Program-made: the position numbers and the translations under genes
Notes under the pieces: model-generated
Database searches by the model: none
Seen by the model: the letters and a program-made list of their open reading frames with translations, nothing else
What the model was told of the DNA's origin: nothing
Part shown: positions 45,449-55,409 of the stretch, piece by piece
How positions within the stretch are numbered: the first letter of the stretch is position 1
Layout: each line of letters starts with the position of its first letter
Origin: a virus
Taxonomy: Duplodnaviria > Caudoviricetes
Strand: one strand, 5' to 3'
IMG/VR virus record: IMGVR_UViG_3300027971_000055
Coordinates: 1-63,600 of that record
Length of the DNA: 63,600 bases

Positions 45449-45799
45449 ATGGCATACTCTAAAGCATCCAAACTTGCACTAAAAGCTAAAAAAGTTTATT
45501 CATCTATAGAATCACCTTGGCATTGTTATTATCACGCTTTAAGTGGTGATGAACTAAAAGAACAGATTATGACTATTGCTTACAAACCAACAGATCAAAT
45601 GAATAGTTGGTCATTTAAAGATTTAACTACACCTTATAAAGAAAGAGAAGAACAAGGTTTAGTTGAGTTTGTAAAACAAAAATATAAAGTAACAGATAAT
45701 GAAATACCTGAATGTATAAATTGCATTAAAGAGTTTCTTGATGACGCTAAAATTGAATATACAGGAAAACCATTTTTTAATAAGGAAATAACAATATGA
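45449..45799 (+). CDS. Hypothetical protein
   Basis: ORF in the fibre-adjacent variable region. Confidence 0.55.
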   Translation: MAYSKASKLALKAKKVYSSIESPWHCYYHALSGDELKEQIMTIAYKPTDQMNSWSFKDLTTPYKEREEQGLVEFVKQKYKVTDNEIPECINCIKEFLDDAKIEYTGKPFFNKEITI

Positions 45800-46044
45800 A
45801 ATATGCTTTAGTATGTAAAAATGAACCTAGACAACAAGGTTATAGAGTAGCTGAAATTGTTGATGCTATTCCTTTTGAACCAGCACCTGAACATCAATGG
45901 ATTGAATGTGCTGATGATTTAATTGCGGATGCAAAATGGTTTGATCCAAGTGACAATACATTTAAAGACTTTCCAATTCCTGAACCAACTCAAGCAATGG
46001 TAGCTGACGGACAACCAAAAACAAACGGAACACAAGAAATTTAA
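45796..46044 (+). CDS. Putative tail fibre assembly/accessory protein
   Basis: MKYALV start, WIEC.D, WFDP..N.F; follows fibre. Confidence 0.55.
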   Translation: MKYALVCKNEPRQQGYRVAEIVDAIPFEPAPEHQWIECADDLIADAKWFDPSDNTFKDFPIPEPTQAMVADGQPKTNGTQEI

Positions 46045-46325
46045 TGATTCAAGCTGCACCACTTAAACATAGTTTTACCTATGATGGTGCGCAATCAAAT
46101 GTTTATCACGCCAACAAAGGCGAGGGCTTGCCAAAACATAGTCACTCTTATAGTCATGCTACTATTTGCCACAATGGTTCTTGCGTTATAAGAATGGAAG
46201 GCAAAGAAAAGATTATTAATAAACACAGTGGTGCATTTAATTTGCCTGGTGGTGAGTGGCATGAGATTGAAGCATTAGAAGATGACACTGTATTTGTAAA
46301 TGTATTCGCTGAAGGAAAATATTAA
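46044..46325 (+). CDS. Cupin-domain protein
   Basis: GLPKHSHSYSH...WHEIEALED. Confidence 0.85.
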   Translation: MIQAAPLKHSFTYDGAQSNVYHANKGEGLPKHSHSYSHATICHNGSCVIRMEGKEKIINKHSGAFNLPGGEWHEIEALEDDTVFVNVFAEGKY

Positions 46326-46349
46326 ATAATAAATAAAAAAGGACAAAAC

Positions 46350-47081
46350 ATGATATTTATATTTAAAAAAAAGAAAATAATTTTAGATTGTTTTACTAAT
46401 GATAGTGTAGTTTTTGATCATTATCAAATAACCAAATCTTCTGATTTTATTCCTGAATGGTTTAAAAACGCACCAAAAGAATATGATGATAATTTTCATA
46501 AAACATCTACTATTAAAAGATGTATTGGTATTAATAATAATTTAACTTCAGGTTTTATATTGCCAATGTGGTCGCAATTAGCTATTACAATTAAGGATAA
46601 ATATTATCAATGGCAATTTTCTGATCGTAAAACTGAATGTGGCGCTCATGATCCTTTACAATGGAATTTTTTTGCCAATCAAAACGAATACGGGCATATG
46701 AAAATTACATCGCCGCATCTTATAATGTCTAAAAATGATATTAATTTTTTTTACACAAAACCATTTTGGCATTTAAAACCAAATAATAATTTTTTAATCC
46801 CATCAGGTATTATTGATTACAAATATCAAAATGGAACTCATATAAATATGTTTGTTAATATAAAAGAAGACAATAATATTTTTATTGATCAAAATGAACC
46901 TATAGTGCAAATAATTCCATTAACCGAAAAAGATATTAAATTAAAATATCATTTAATTTCAGATGAAGAATTTAAAAATAAAAATAATAAATCAAGATAT
47001 TTTACTCATAATTATCAAATTGGTAAAAAATTAATTGATAAAAAAGAAAAGAAATGCCCTTTTGGTTTTGGCAAAGAGTAA
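46350..47081 (+). CDS. AT-rich hypothetical protein (DUF6065-like appearance)
   Basis: PEWFK, TIKRC.G, GFILPMW, P.VQIIP, C-terminal KCPF. Confidence 0.65.
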   Translation: MIFIFKKKKIILDCFTNDSVVFDHYQITKSSDFIPEWFKNAPKEYDDNFHKTSTIKRCIGINNNLTSGFILPMWSQLAITIKDKYYQWQFSDRKTECGAHDPLQWNFFANQNEYGHMKITSPHLIMSKNDINFFYTKPFWHLKPNNNFLIPSGIIDYKYQNGTHINMFVNIKEDNNIFIDQNEPIVQIIPLTEKDIKLKYHLISDEEFKNKNNKSRYFTHNYQIGKKLIDKKEKKCPFGFGKE

Positions 47082-47085
47082 AAAT

Positions 47086-47358
47086 ATGAACATGGAAAAA
47101 ATAACGAGCATGTTGTTCCCAGTGATAGTCTCGGCTATTGCGTGGTTACTTACTTCAATGGCGTCTATACAAGCAGACCTCATCAGTATCAAATCTAAAA
47201 TGCCTAATCTTATTACAGAACAAGGTGTACCGACTGACAGCCCTATATCAGCAGAAGCAAGAGCTAGAATGAAAGAAGAACTAAGAGCTCAGATGGGTGA
47301 ACTTAACGTACGTATTCGTATTTTAGAAGAACATGAAAAATCAAAAGGATTTAAATAA
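47086..47358 (+). CDS. Membrane-anchored hypothetical protein of lysis region
   Basis: N-terminal TM helix then coiled coil. Confidence 0.6.
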   Translation: MNMEKITSMLFPVIVSAIAWLLTSMASIQADLISIKSKMPNLITEQGVPTDSPISAEARARMKEELRAQMGELNVRIRILEEHEKSKGFK

Positions 47359-47843
47359 TGTTTAGTATTCTCTCATCCATATTAGGTTTTGCAACTGCAG
47401 GACTACCTAGCATATTAGGATTCTTTCAACAAAAGGGAGACCAAGCGCATGAACGTGAAATGGCTAAGATGCAAAACGAACAAGCTATGCTTATGGCTCA
47501 AAAAGGTTTTCAATCTCAAGAAAAAATAGCAGCTATTGAATTGGAGGGTACTTATGCAGAAACATTCGCACAAGAAAGACAAGCGCTTTATGAACACGAT
47601 GCTAAATTGGTACACGATGCAGCACCCTGGGTTAGAACTCTTAATGCAAGTGTCCGCCCTATTGTTGCTTTCACTTTTGTAGCACTACTTTTATTTGTAG
47701 ATATTGGTGGTTTTATTTGGGCAGTTAAAACTGCAGGGTTTAGCCGCGAGTCTATGGATGTTATATTTTCATCTGATGAAATGGCTATTGTAGGTTCTAT
47801 TATTGGCTTCTACTTTGGTGCTAGGACTTGGGAAAAAAAATAA
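47358..47843 (+). CDS. Holin-like membrane protein
   Basis: SVRP motif, TM helices, IIGFYFGAR end; directly upstream of lysozyme. Confidence 0.75.
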   Translation: MFSILSSILGFATAGLPSILGFFQQKGDQAHEREMAKMQNEQAMLMAQKGFQSQEKIAAIELEGTYAETFAQERQALYEHDAKLVHDAAPWVRTLNASVRPIVAFTFVALLLFVDIGGFIWAVKTAGFSRESMDVIFSSDEMAIVGSIIGFYFGARTWEKK

Positions 47844-48293
47844 GTGAATGTATCAAAAGCTGCTATCGCTCTTATCAAACATCACGAGGGTGTGCGTAGT
47901 CGTCCCTATCGTTGCCCTGCAAACTTGTGGACTGTTGGTGTGGGTCACCTTATCGGCGATGGTAAATCTTTGCCTGATTCTTATAACAGAACTTTTACAA
48001 CGGAAGAAATAGATGCGCTCCTTATACGGGATCTCAATAGATTTGAACGTGGAATATCTAAGATGTTACCTAACGTGCCTCTTAGACAATGTGAATTTGA
48101 TTGCTTGGTATCTTTTGCCTTTAATCTTGGTCTGGGTACATTTCAAAGATCAACACTCCGTCAAGCGCTGCTTCGCGGAAATAAGACGCAAGCTATGGAA
48201 TCATTAGTGAAATATTGTCGCGCAGGTGGTAAAATACTCAGAGGTCTACAAACTCGTAGATTAGACGAAAAAGCACTTTTTGAAGGTAAATAA
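47844..48293 (+). CDS. Endolysin, GH24 lysozyme
   Basis: HEG.R..PY.C....WTVGVGH, FNLG, GL..RR..E. Confidence 0.92.
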   Translation: MNVSKAAIALIKHHEGVRSRPYRCPANLWTVGVGHLIGDGKSLPDSYNRTFTTEEIDALLIRDLNRFERGISKMLPNVPLRQCEFDCLVSFAFNLGLGTFQRSTLRQALLRGNKTQAMESLVKYCRAGGKILRGLQTRRLDEKALFEGK

Positions 48294-50233
48294 TGCCGTT
48301 AAGTAAGCTCATATTTAAACCAGGTGTTAACCGAGATCAAACTAATTACGCTTCAGAAGGCGGCTGGTATGAAACTCAATGGGTACGATTCCGTTCAGGT
48401 TTTCCAGAAAAAATGGGTGGGTGGGAGCCTAGAAATTTTGTGGCTTACAACGGCGCTGCTCGAAGTCTTTTTTCATGGAGCACAACAGATAGCAATATCT
48501 TATTAGGTGTTGGCACAGATACTAAAATGTATGTGGGTGCTGGTACTAATCTATATGATATTACCCCTATACGAGCCACATTTACTTCCCCTGCTACCAA
48601 TAATTGCATAAGTACAACTAGCGGATCTAAAGTTATTACAGTAACTCTTGCTGGATATGGGGGCATTACAGGTGACTTTGTAACAATAAGTGGGGTAACA
48701 GGTAATCCTGGTGGAGTCCCCAACGCACAAATTAATGCCGAACAACAAATAACTTTTCTAACCTCAAGTACATTTACATTTACGGTTACAACTGCGGCTA
48801 CAAGTACCACATCAAGCCAAGGTGGCACCGCTATTACTATGGCGTTCCAAATTAACATAGGCTATTCTACGTCTACTGCAGGTTATGGTTGGGGTACATC
48901 TACATGGAGTCGAAGTACATGGGGTTCTAGTTCTACTACCGCTGTGTTTTTCCCTGCCAGGTTAATATTCCAAGACAAATTTAATAATGACTTAATCTTT
49001 AATATCCTAGGTAGCGATATTTATTACTGGGCATATACAAGTGCATTTAATACTCGTGCTGTTTTATTATCTTCACTCTCAGGAGCTGTTGCCGTACCTC
49101 AACAAGTTGGTAAAATTTTATTTTCACCAAGTGGTCACTTATTAGCTTTTAGTTGTACTAACTACGATGCTTCTCAACCTGGTCCTAACTACCTAGGAAC
49201 CTTCGATCCATTACTTATTAGATGGGCAAATGTAAGTGCTGATATTGGACCTGACCCACTTAACTGGCAGCCTACTTTAACTAATACTGCAGGGTATTTA
49301 AGACTTTCTATTGGTTCTAGGATTGTATCTGCACTAAGAACTAAACAAGAAATCCTTGTATGGACAGACGTATCACTATCATCACTACAATTCTTAGGTA
49401 CATCAGAAGTATTTGGTTTACAAGAAGTTTCTTCAGCCACTACTATTTTTGGTGCTAACACGGTAGTTGGTGCTAATAACGTGGTTTACTGGATGGGTAA
49501 CGATAAATTCTATACCTACTCAGGTCGTGTAGATACCTTACCTTGTACACTACGTCAGTATGTGTTTACTGATATTAACAGACAACAACAAGGACTATTC
49601 TTTGCAGGACAAAATGCTGAGTTTAATGAAGTCATCTGGTTCTATTGTACTGAAAACGCTACTGAAATAGATCGTTACGTTATTTATAACTATGCTGAAA
49701 ACATTTGGTATTTTGGTGACTTAGAAAGAACTGCGTGGATTGATACAGGTGTGATTGATTATCCAGTAGCAGCTAAAGACGGGTATGTTTATTTACATGA
49801 ATACGGTGTTAATGATGGACAACCTGCAGGCGCTCCGCCATTAGCTATTTCAGCCTACATACAATCAGCAGATATAGACATTGAAGACGGGGATAAATAT
49901 ATGCTTATGCGTCGTATTATTCCTGATGTAAACTTTAATAATTCAGAAACTGTTAATCCTGTAACAAGTGCTACGATTGTGCCTCAAGTCACTATGACTG
50001 TAGGGGTTAGAAACTTTCCAGGCGCTGCATCAACGACTACAAATGCCGAGGGAGAATCTACAGCAGAAGACGTTATTACATCAACAGCCACTATAGATCA
50101 GTATACAAATCAAGTATTTATCAGAGCTCGTGGTCGTCAAATGAGTTTTAAAATTAGTTCTAACGGTGTAGGTACCCAATGGCAACTTGGTATGCCTCGT
50201 GTAGATGCAAGGCCTGATGGACTAAGAAGCTAA
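48293..50233 (+). CDS. Tail tubular/stabilisation protein (P22 gp10 / T7 gp12-like)
   Basis: KPG.NR, VRFR.G.PEK.GGW, beta-propeller-like content, RARGRQ, C-terminal PDG.R. Confidence 0.75.
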   Translation: MPLSKLIFKPGVNRDQTNYASEGGWYETQWVRFRSGFPEKMGGWEPRNFVAYNGAARSLFSWSTTDSNILLGVGTDTKMYVGAGTNLYDITPIRATFTSPATNNCISTTSGSKVITVTLAGYGGITGDFVTISGVTGNPGGVPNAQINAEQQITFLTSSTFTFTVTTAATSTTSSQGGTAITMAFQINIGYSTSTAGYGWGTSTWSRSTWGSSSTTAVFFPARLIFQDKFNNDLIFNILGSDIYYWAYTSAFNTRAVLLSSLSGAVAVPQQVGKILFSPSGHLLAFSCTNYDASQPGPNYLGTFDPLLIRWANVSADIGPDPLNWQPTLTNTAGYLRLSIGSRIVSALRTKQEILVWTDVSLSSLQFLGTSEVFGLQEVSSATTIFGANTVVGANNVVYWMGNDKFYTYSGRVDTLPCTLRQYVFTDINRQQQGLFFAGQNAEFNEVIWFYCTENATEIDRYVIYNYAENIWYFGDLERTAWIDTGVIDYPVAAKDGYVYLHEYGVNDGQPAGAPPLAISAYIQSADIDIEDGDKYMLMRRIIPDVNFNNSETVNPVTSATIVPQVTMTVGVRNFPGAASTTTNAEGESTAEDVITSTATIDQYTNQVFIRARGRQMSFKISSNGVGTQWQLGMPRVDARPDGLRS

Positions 50234-50235
50234 AA

Positions 50236-50592
50236 ATGGCGTTACTATTATTTGCCCCACCGGTACTGCCACTAGCACCAAGTGATTATACCCCTGAGTA
50301 TTTTAATCAGTTAATACGCGCACTTAATGTGTATTTAAAACAAGCAGGATCTACAACGCCTATTGTGATAGATCAGTTAACGTTATTAGCACTGCCCACA
50401 AGTCCAGTAGGTTTAAGACCAGGAACTGTGTGGAACGATGGTGGGTTTTTAAAGATTGTATTATCTAACACAATACAAGTAGCAACAGGATCATTAAGTA
50501 TAGTAGGTAAAGCTCCATCACTAGATATTATTGCTCCACCTGTAAGAAACGTTAACTTAGTGGGCATAGCGCCTACAATTACAGTAGCATAA
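50236..50592 (+). CDS. Virion accessory protein
   Basis: LP.AP..Y; LPTS..GL..G.VW.DGG.LKIV. Confidence 0.6.
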   Translation: MALLLFAPPVLPLAPSDYTPEYFNQLIRALNVYLKQAGSTTPIVIDQLTLLALPTSPVGLRPGTVWNDGGFLKIVLSNTIQVATGSLSIVGKAPSLDIIAPPVRNVNLVGIAPTITVA

Positions 50593-50638
50593 GGGCTTAG
50601 AAACATGATATTATTAGCGTATATTTAAGGACTCAATT

Positions 50639-52369
50639 ATGGCATACCAAACATCTCAAGGATTAGCATCATTAGGTCGTAACGGCGACTCAGTTTTAGT
50701 TCATATGAACCCCACCGAAGTAGCAGGATTACAAAGTCTAGCTATGTCTCAAGGCGGTTCATTAACTATAAACCCACATACAGGTCTTCCTGAAGCATTT
50801 AGCTTAGGCGGATTCTTTAAGTCATTGCTTCCTATGTTTGTTGGTGCCGCTATGCCAGCTTCTGCTGGTTTATTTGCGGGGATCGCTGCCGGTGCTGCAA
50901 CAGGAGCACTGACTAATAAAGACAAACTAATGGGTGCTATAACCGGCGGTCTTGGAGGTTATAGTGGTTTTAATATAGGTGAAGGTTTACGTGCCGCAGC
51001 GTTGCCAGGAGCAACAGCAAGTACAGCATTAGAAGGTACAGCAGCAAATATTGGGGGGCAAGGTGCTGCAGACGCTATTGGGACAAACGTACTTCAACAG
51101 CAACCCGCAGGATTTGGCGGGCTAGGTTTTGGAGTTACAACTCCAGCAGAGGCTCAAGCTTTAAATTCATCTAATTTACTTAATCAATCAGGGTTTTTTA
51201 ATAGCGGTAGTTCAGGAGCAGGTAATATTATTAATCCCGCTTTAGATAACATATCTCAAATAAGTACAGGCGCAGGTAATGTATTTTCAGGTAATCAAGC
51301 TGCTATTGATGCATATACAAAAGGTGTAGGAGCTAAAACAGCTATGGGGGCCTTAGCTAAAACAGCTTTGCCTATAGGTGGTGCTGCGTTAGGTGGTTTA
51401 GAACCTTCAGATTTATATGGTGACCCTATTAACATGGACGAAGCAAAAAAGAAACAAGCTTATAATCCGTATGCGTCGTTAAATTTAAATAATGATACAG
51501 GATTAAGACTCTACGCAGACGGCGGTGCAATTGCAGCGGGCGGTATAAGAGATTTATATGGTTCAACAGATAACCCAGAAATATCACCTCCACCTACTAA
51601 TGGATATGGACTTGGTAGATTAAATAATTTAGCAAGCGCACAAGAAATGGACACCGCTAAAACTTATGGGTATGCTATGGGTGGTCCAGTAAGCTTTGCA
51701 GATGGTGGTGACTCTAATAAAAAAGATGCGTTAGGATTACCAAGTTTATCTCCAGATATGTCAATGGACCGAAATGTAGGAGCTAATAATTCAGCAATGA
51801 TACAAAGCGTTATGGGAACTATGCAAGAGAATGCACCAATGGCACAAGGTCAAGCACCTGAACAAACTAATGATAGCCTAATTGCTAAAGTTACTGCTAA
51901 TTTAAAAGCTGATCCTAACTATCAACCTACTAATGCTATTGAAGCATCTATTGTTAAACAAATTAGAGGTACTGATCCGATGCAACAAGGTCAGCCAAGC
52001 TTACAAGGCTTAGGTTCATTAGCACCTAGTCAACCTATGGCACCGAGTTATAATCCTTCTATGGCTATGGGCCCTACTTATTTTGCTGGTATGAATGCAC
52101 CTCGTAGTATGGCTCGTGGTGGTTATTTAGATGGTCAAGGTGATGGTATGTCTGACTCAATACCTGCTACAATAGAAGGTAAACAACCCGCTCGTTTAGC
52201 AGACGGTGAATTTGTAGTGCCAGCAGATGTTGTAAGTCATATTGGTAATGGTTCATCTAAAGCAGGTTCACAAAGACTTTACTCAATGTTAGATAAAGTA
52301 CGTAAAGCTAGAACTGGAAATAAAAAACAAGGTAAACAAATTAACCCTAATAAATACATGCCTGCATGA
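50639..52369 (+). CDS. Internal virion/ejection protein
   Basis: GR.GD..LVH, INP.TGLPE N-terminus; G.GDGMSDSIPA...LADGEFV.PA C-terminus. Confidence 0.75.
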   Translation: MAYQTSQGLASLGRNGDSVLVHMNPTEVAGLQSLAMSQGGSLTINPHTGLPEAFSLGGFFKSLLPMFVGAAMPASAGLFAGIAAGAATGALTNKDKLMGAITGGLGGYSGFNIGEGLRAAALPGATASTALEGTAANIGGQGAADAIGTNVLQQQPAGFGGLGFGVTTPAEAQALNSSNLLNQSGFFNSGSSGAGNIINPALDNISQISTGAGNVFSGNQAAIDAYTKGVGAKTAMGALAKTALPIGGAALGGLEPSDLYGDPINMDEAKKKQAYNPYASLNLNNDTGLRLYADGGAIAAGGIRDLYGSTDNPEISPPPTNGYGLGRLNNLASAQEMDTAKTYGYAMGGPVSFADGGDSNKKDALGLPSLSPDMSMDRNVGANNSAMIQSVMGTMQENAPMAQGQAPEQTNDSLIAKVTANLKADPNYQPTNAIEASIVKQIRGTDPMQQGQPSLQGLGSLAPSQPMAPSYNPSMAMGPTYFAGMNAPRSMARGGYLDGQGDGMSDSIPATIEGKQPARLADGEFVVPADVVSHIGNGSSKAGSQRLYSMLDKVRKARTGNKKQGKQINPNKYMPA

Positions 52370-52779
52370 ACACTGTACAGATAGTAGTTTCCAATAACAT
52401 ATATAGTGTTTGGGAAGATGTAAAAGAATATTTAAATGCATCTATTAATGTAAGTGGTGGAGATTATACGTTAGAGCAGTTAAAAATGTTATTAGTACGA
52501 GGGGAACAAACGTTGTTAGTATCTATTAATGAAAAAGGTGTACTTAACGGAGCTATGACAGTAGAGTTTATAAACTACCCTAATAACCGAGTGATGCACA
52601 TTACAGCATTAGGTGGTAATGGAATTGTTAATGATGAAACGTTTAGCCAAGTAGAATCGTGGGCTAAAATGCAAGGCGCTACAAAAGCAAGTGCGTGGGC
52701 TCAAGAGGCGCAGGCTAGGCTATATAAAATCAAATCAAATTTTAATACTGTAAGATACGTTGTGGAGAAAGACTTATGA
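52366..52779 (+). CDS. GNAT-fold virion assembly protein (P22 gp14-like position)
   Basis: Position between ejection genes; YP....HI..LGG, WAK..G. Confidence 0.5.
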   Translation: MNTVQIVVSNNIYSVWEDVKEYLNASINVSGGDYTLEQLKMLLVRGEQTLLVSINEKGVLNGAMTVEFINYPNNRVMHITALGGNGIVNDETFSQVESWAKMQGATKASAWAQEAQARLYKIKSNFNTVRYVVEKDL

Positions 52780-53891
52780 AATTATTTAACTTGTTTAACT
52801 GGGTAACTAACCTAGTAGAGGCATTCACATTCTACGCTGGTGGGGGTTCATCAGGTGGCAGTAGTGCGCCTAGTAATTCTACATCCTATTCTACAAACTT
52901 GCCCGAGTATGCTAAGCCATACTATGAAGAGCTTTTAAAACAAACAGGTAAAAATGTTTATACAACAGACTCATCTGGCGCTGTAACCGGCGTTAACGCA
53001 ATGCCTACTTATACGGGCGATAGGATTGCAGGGTTTACTCCAGGACAAGAATCTATTCAAAGAGAAGTAGGTGGCTTGAGGATGCCAGGTGGTTTTGGTA
53101 CGGCTGCTACAGGATTAGATACTGGACAAACTTTAGGTTTTGGTGCTGCAGGCGCAGGGTTATCAAGTGCATTAGGATATAGACCTACAACAACTTATGG
53201 TGGTACATTTGGGGCTCCTGAAGCTTCATATTATATGTCCCCTTATGCTTCTAATGTAACAGATATTGCAGTTCGTGAAGCTGAAAAACAAAGAGACTTA
53301 GCTAAATCTGCAGGTGCTTTAGGATCAATTGGTCGTGGTACTTTTGGTGGTGCAAGACAAGCTTTACTACAAGCTGAGCAAGAAAGAGGCGCTAATCAAA
53401 ATATTGGGGATATTAGAGCTAAAGGTCAACAAGAGGCTTACACAAATGCTCAGGCACAATTTCAAGCTGATCAAGCGCGTCGACTACAAGCTGAACAACT
53501 TAATCAACAAGGTCAACAATTTGGCGCGGGTCTTGGTAAAGATATTGGGCTTGCAGGGCTTACTACGGGTATTGATGCATCAGGTAAACAAGCCGCTGTT
53601 GCTGCAGCTACACAAACAGCTAACCTTGAAAGACTTAAAGCTCAAGCTTCAACTGAAAACGAAAAACAAGCATTACAACAACAAATTAATGATCTTCAAT
53701 ATCAAACATTTCAAGAACGAAACAATTATCAAAAACAACAACTTGAATATCTTAGTAATATTCTTCGTGGTAATGCAGCGGCATTGGGTTCTACTCAAGT
53801 ACAATATACACCGCAGCCTTCAACGATATCTCAAATTGGTGGTTTAGGTTTAGCAGGTCTTGGTTTGGCTAACGTACTAGGTAAAAGTTAA
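52776..53891 (+). CDS. Ejection/DNA pilot protein
   Basis: GGGS N-terminus, YMSPY, FGG.R, Gln-rich coil, hydrophobic C-terminus. Confidence 0.7.
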   Translation: MKLFNLFNWVTNLVEAFTFYAGGGSSGGSSAPSNSTSYSTNLPEYAKPYYEELLKQTGKNVYTTDSSGAVTGVNAMPTYTGDRIAGFTPGQESIQREVGGLRMPGGFGTAATGLDTGQTLGFGAAGAGLSSALGYRPTTTYGGTFGAPEASYYMSPYASNVTDIAVREAEKQRDLAKSAGALGSIGRGTFGGARQALLQAEQERGANQNIGDIRAKGQQEAYTNAQAQFQADQARRLQAEQLNQQGQQFGAGLGKDIGLAGLTTGIDASGKQAAVAAATQTANLERLKAQASTENEKQALQQQINDLQYQTFQERNNYQKQQLEYLSNILRGNAAALGSTQVQYTPQPSTISQIGGLGLAGLGLANVLGKS

Positions 53892-53899
53892 GGATAACT

Positions 53900-55390
53900 A
53901 TGAATATTATTAAATTACAAGATGAACTAAGAAGTGTACCAGATAATGCACTAATTGGTTATGTTCAAAATCCTACAGGTCATGTACCTAGTTATCTAGC
54001 ATTAAGTGAATTACAACGTCGTAAAGATATGCGTGAAAAATATCAATCACAACAAGCACCTCAATCAAGTGTAGCAGATGACTTAGAACAAAAGGCTGCA
54101 CCACAACCCCAAGCTCAAGGTGTTGCAAGTCTTCCTGTACCTGAAACTATGTATCAAGATCAAAACTTTGCTTCGGGTGGTATTGTATCGTTTGCTGGCC
54201 CTGAGGGTAGCTATGTTATACCATCTAAAACTCCACAACAATATTATCAAGGTATTGCAGGGAATAAGGATATCGGTAAGTCATTTATGTTTAATAAGTT
54301 TGAAACTCCGTATGATGAGGCTATTAACTACTATAGTGGATTAAAACAAAATGCTAATAATCCAGAAGCAAAAAGACAGTTAGAGGATGCTGTTCAAGAA
54401 TTACAACTACAAAAATATAGATTTACACGTAGTAAAGAAGATCCTACTGAAAGAATGACACAAACAGGTTTAAAAGGTGATGCATCTGGTAAACCAATAC
54501 CTCCATCATTAACATTAGCAAGCATGAAAAATAAAATAGAAGGAAATAATCCTTCACCGCAAAACCCAGTTGATGAAGTTAAAAGAGGTGCAACAGGTCA
54601 AAAACCACCAAATGAAACACCTGTAGCTGATACTGTAGATGTAACAGGCGATCCTTATTACTTTGAAAAAAGACCTGAAGATGCGGCTGAAACAGAAAGA
54701 GATAGATATAAACAAATGTATGGTGATGACCCATTTGTTAAACGTAGCCAAACTAGATTAGAATCTATGGATAAACGCGCTAAATCTATGGACGATAGCA
54801 ACTTAGGATTAGCATTAATGTCGGCTGGGTTTAAAACTATGCAAGGTACTTCTCCGTATGCATTAGCTAATATTGGCGCGGGTGCTGAAGCTGGTGTTAA
54901 ATCTTATGGTGACACACAAAAACAATTGGCAGAGCTTGATGAAAAACGCTTTAATGTGGATTCTAAAATTGCGGATGCGGAAAGAGCGGTTAAACTTGCT
55001 GCTATGCAACACGGCTTTAAAAGTGAAGAATATAACAAAGCTTCTAATGATCTTGTTAGAACAAAAATTATTGAAGGTAAGCTTGACATTGAGAAATATA
55101 AAGTTCTTGCTGGCACTAAAGAAACACAAGCTCTTATGAAACAAAAATCAGATTTTCTTACTAAGAGAGATACATACCTTAAAAATAATTACTCAATAAA
55201 AAATGCTCTTGATGTTTATAACAATAAAGCAGCTTTTGATAAACTTCCTGAAAATGAAAAACAATCTGTATTAAAAGATGTAAACACATATAATCAGTAT
55301 GTACAAGAATTAAAAATAAGTTACCCACTAGCTAATATGGATTTACCTACTAGGGATCCAATTGCTCTTTTAAATAAAACTAGACAATAA
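53900..55390 (+). CDS. Ejection protein
   Basis: FASGGIVSF motif, ALM.AG, IGAG; position. Confidence 0.65.
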   Translation: MNIIKLQDELRSVPDNALIGYVQNPTGHVPSYLALSELQRRKDMREKYQSQQAPQSSVADDLEQKAAPQPQAQGVASLPVPETMYQDQNFASGGIVSFAGPEGSYVIPSKTPQQYYQGIAGNKDIGKSFMFNKFETPYDEAINYYSGLKQNANNPEAKRQLEDAVQELQLQKYRFTRSKEDPTERMTQTGLKGDASGKPIPPSLTLASMKNKIEGNNPSPQNPVDEVKRGATGQKPPNETPVADTVDVTGDPYYFEKRPEDAAETERDRYKQMYGDDPFVKRSQTRLESMDKRAKSMDDSNLGLALMSAGFKTMQGTSPYALANIGAGAEAGVKSYGDTQKQLAELDEKRFNVDSKIADAERAVKLAAMQHGFKSEEYNKASNDLVRTKIIEGKLDIEKYKVLAGTKETQALMKQKSDFLTKRDTYLKNNYSIKNALDVYNNKAAFDKLPENEKQSVLKDVNTYNQYVQELKISYPLANMDLPTRDPIALLNKTRQ

Positions 55391-55409
55391 GGAATAGACT
55401 GAGCCTATT

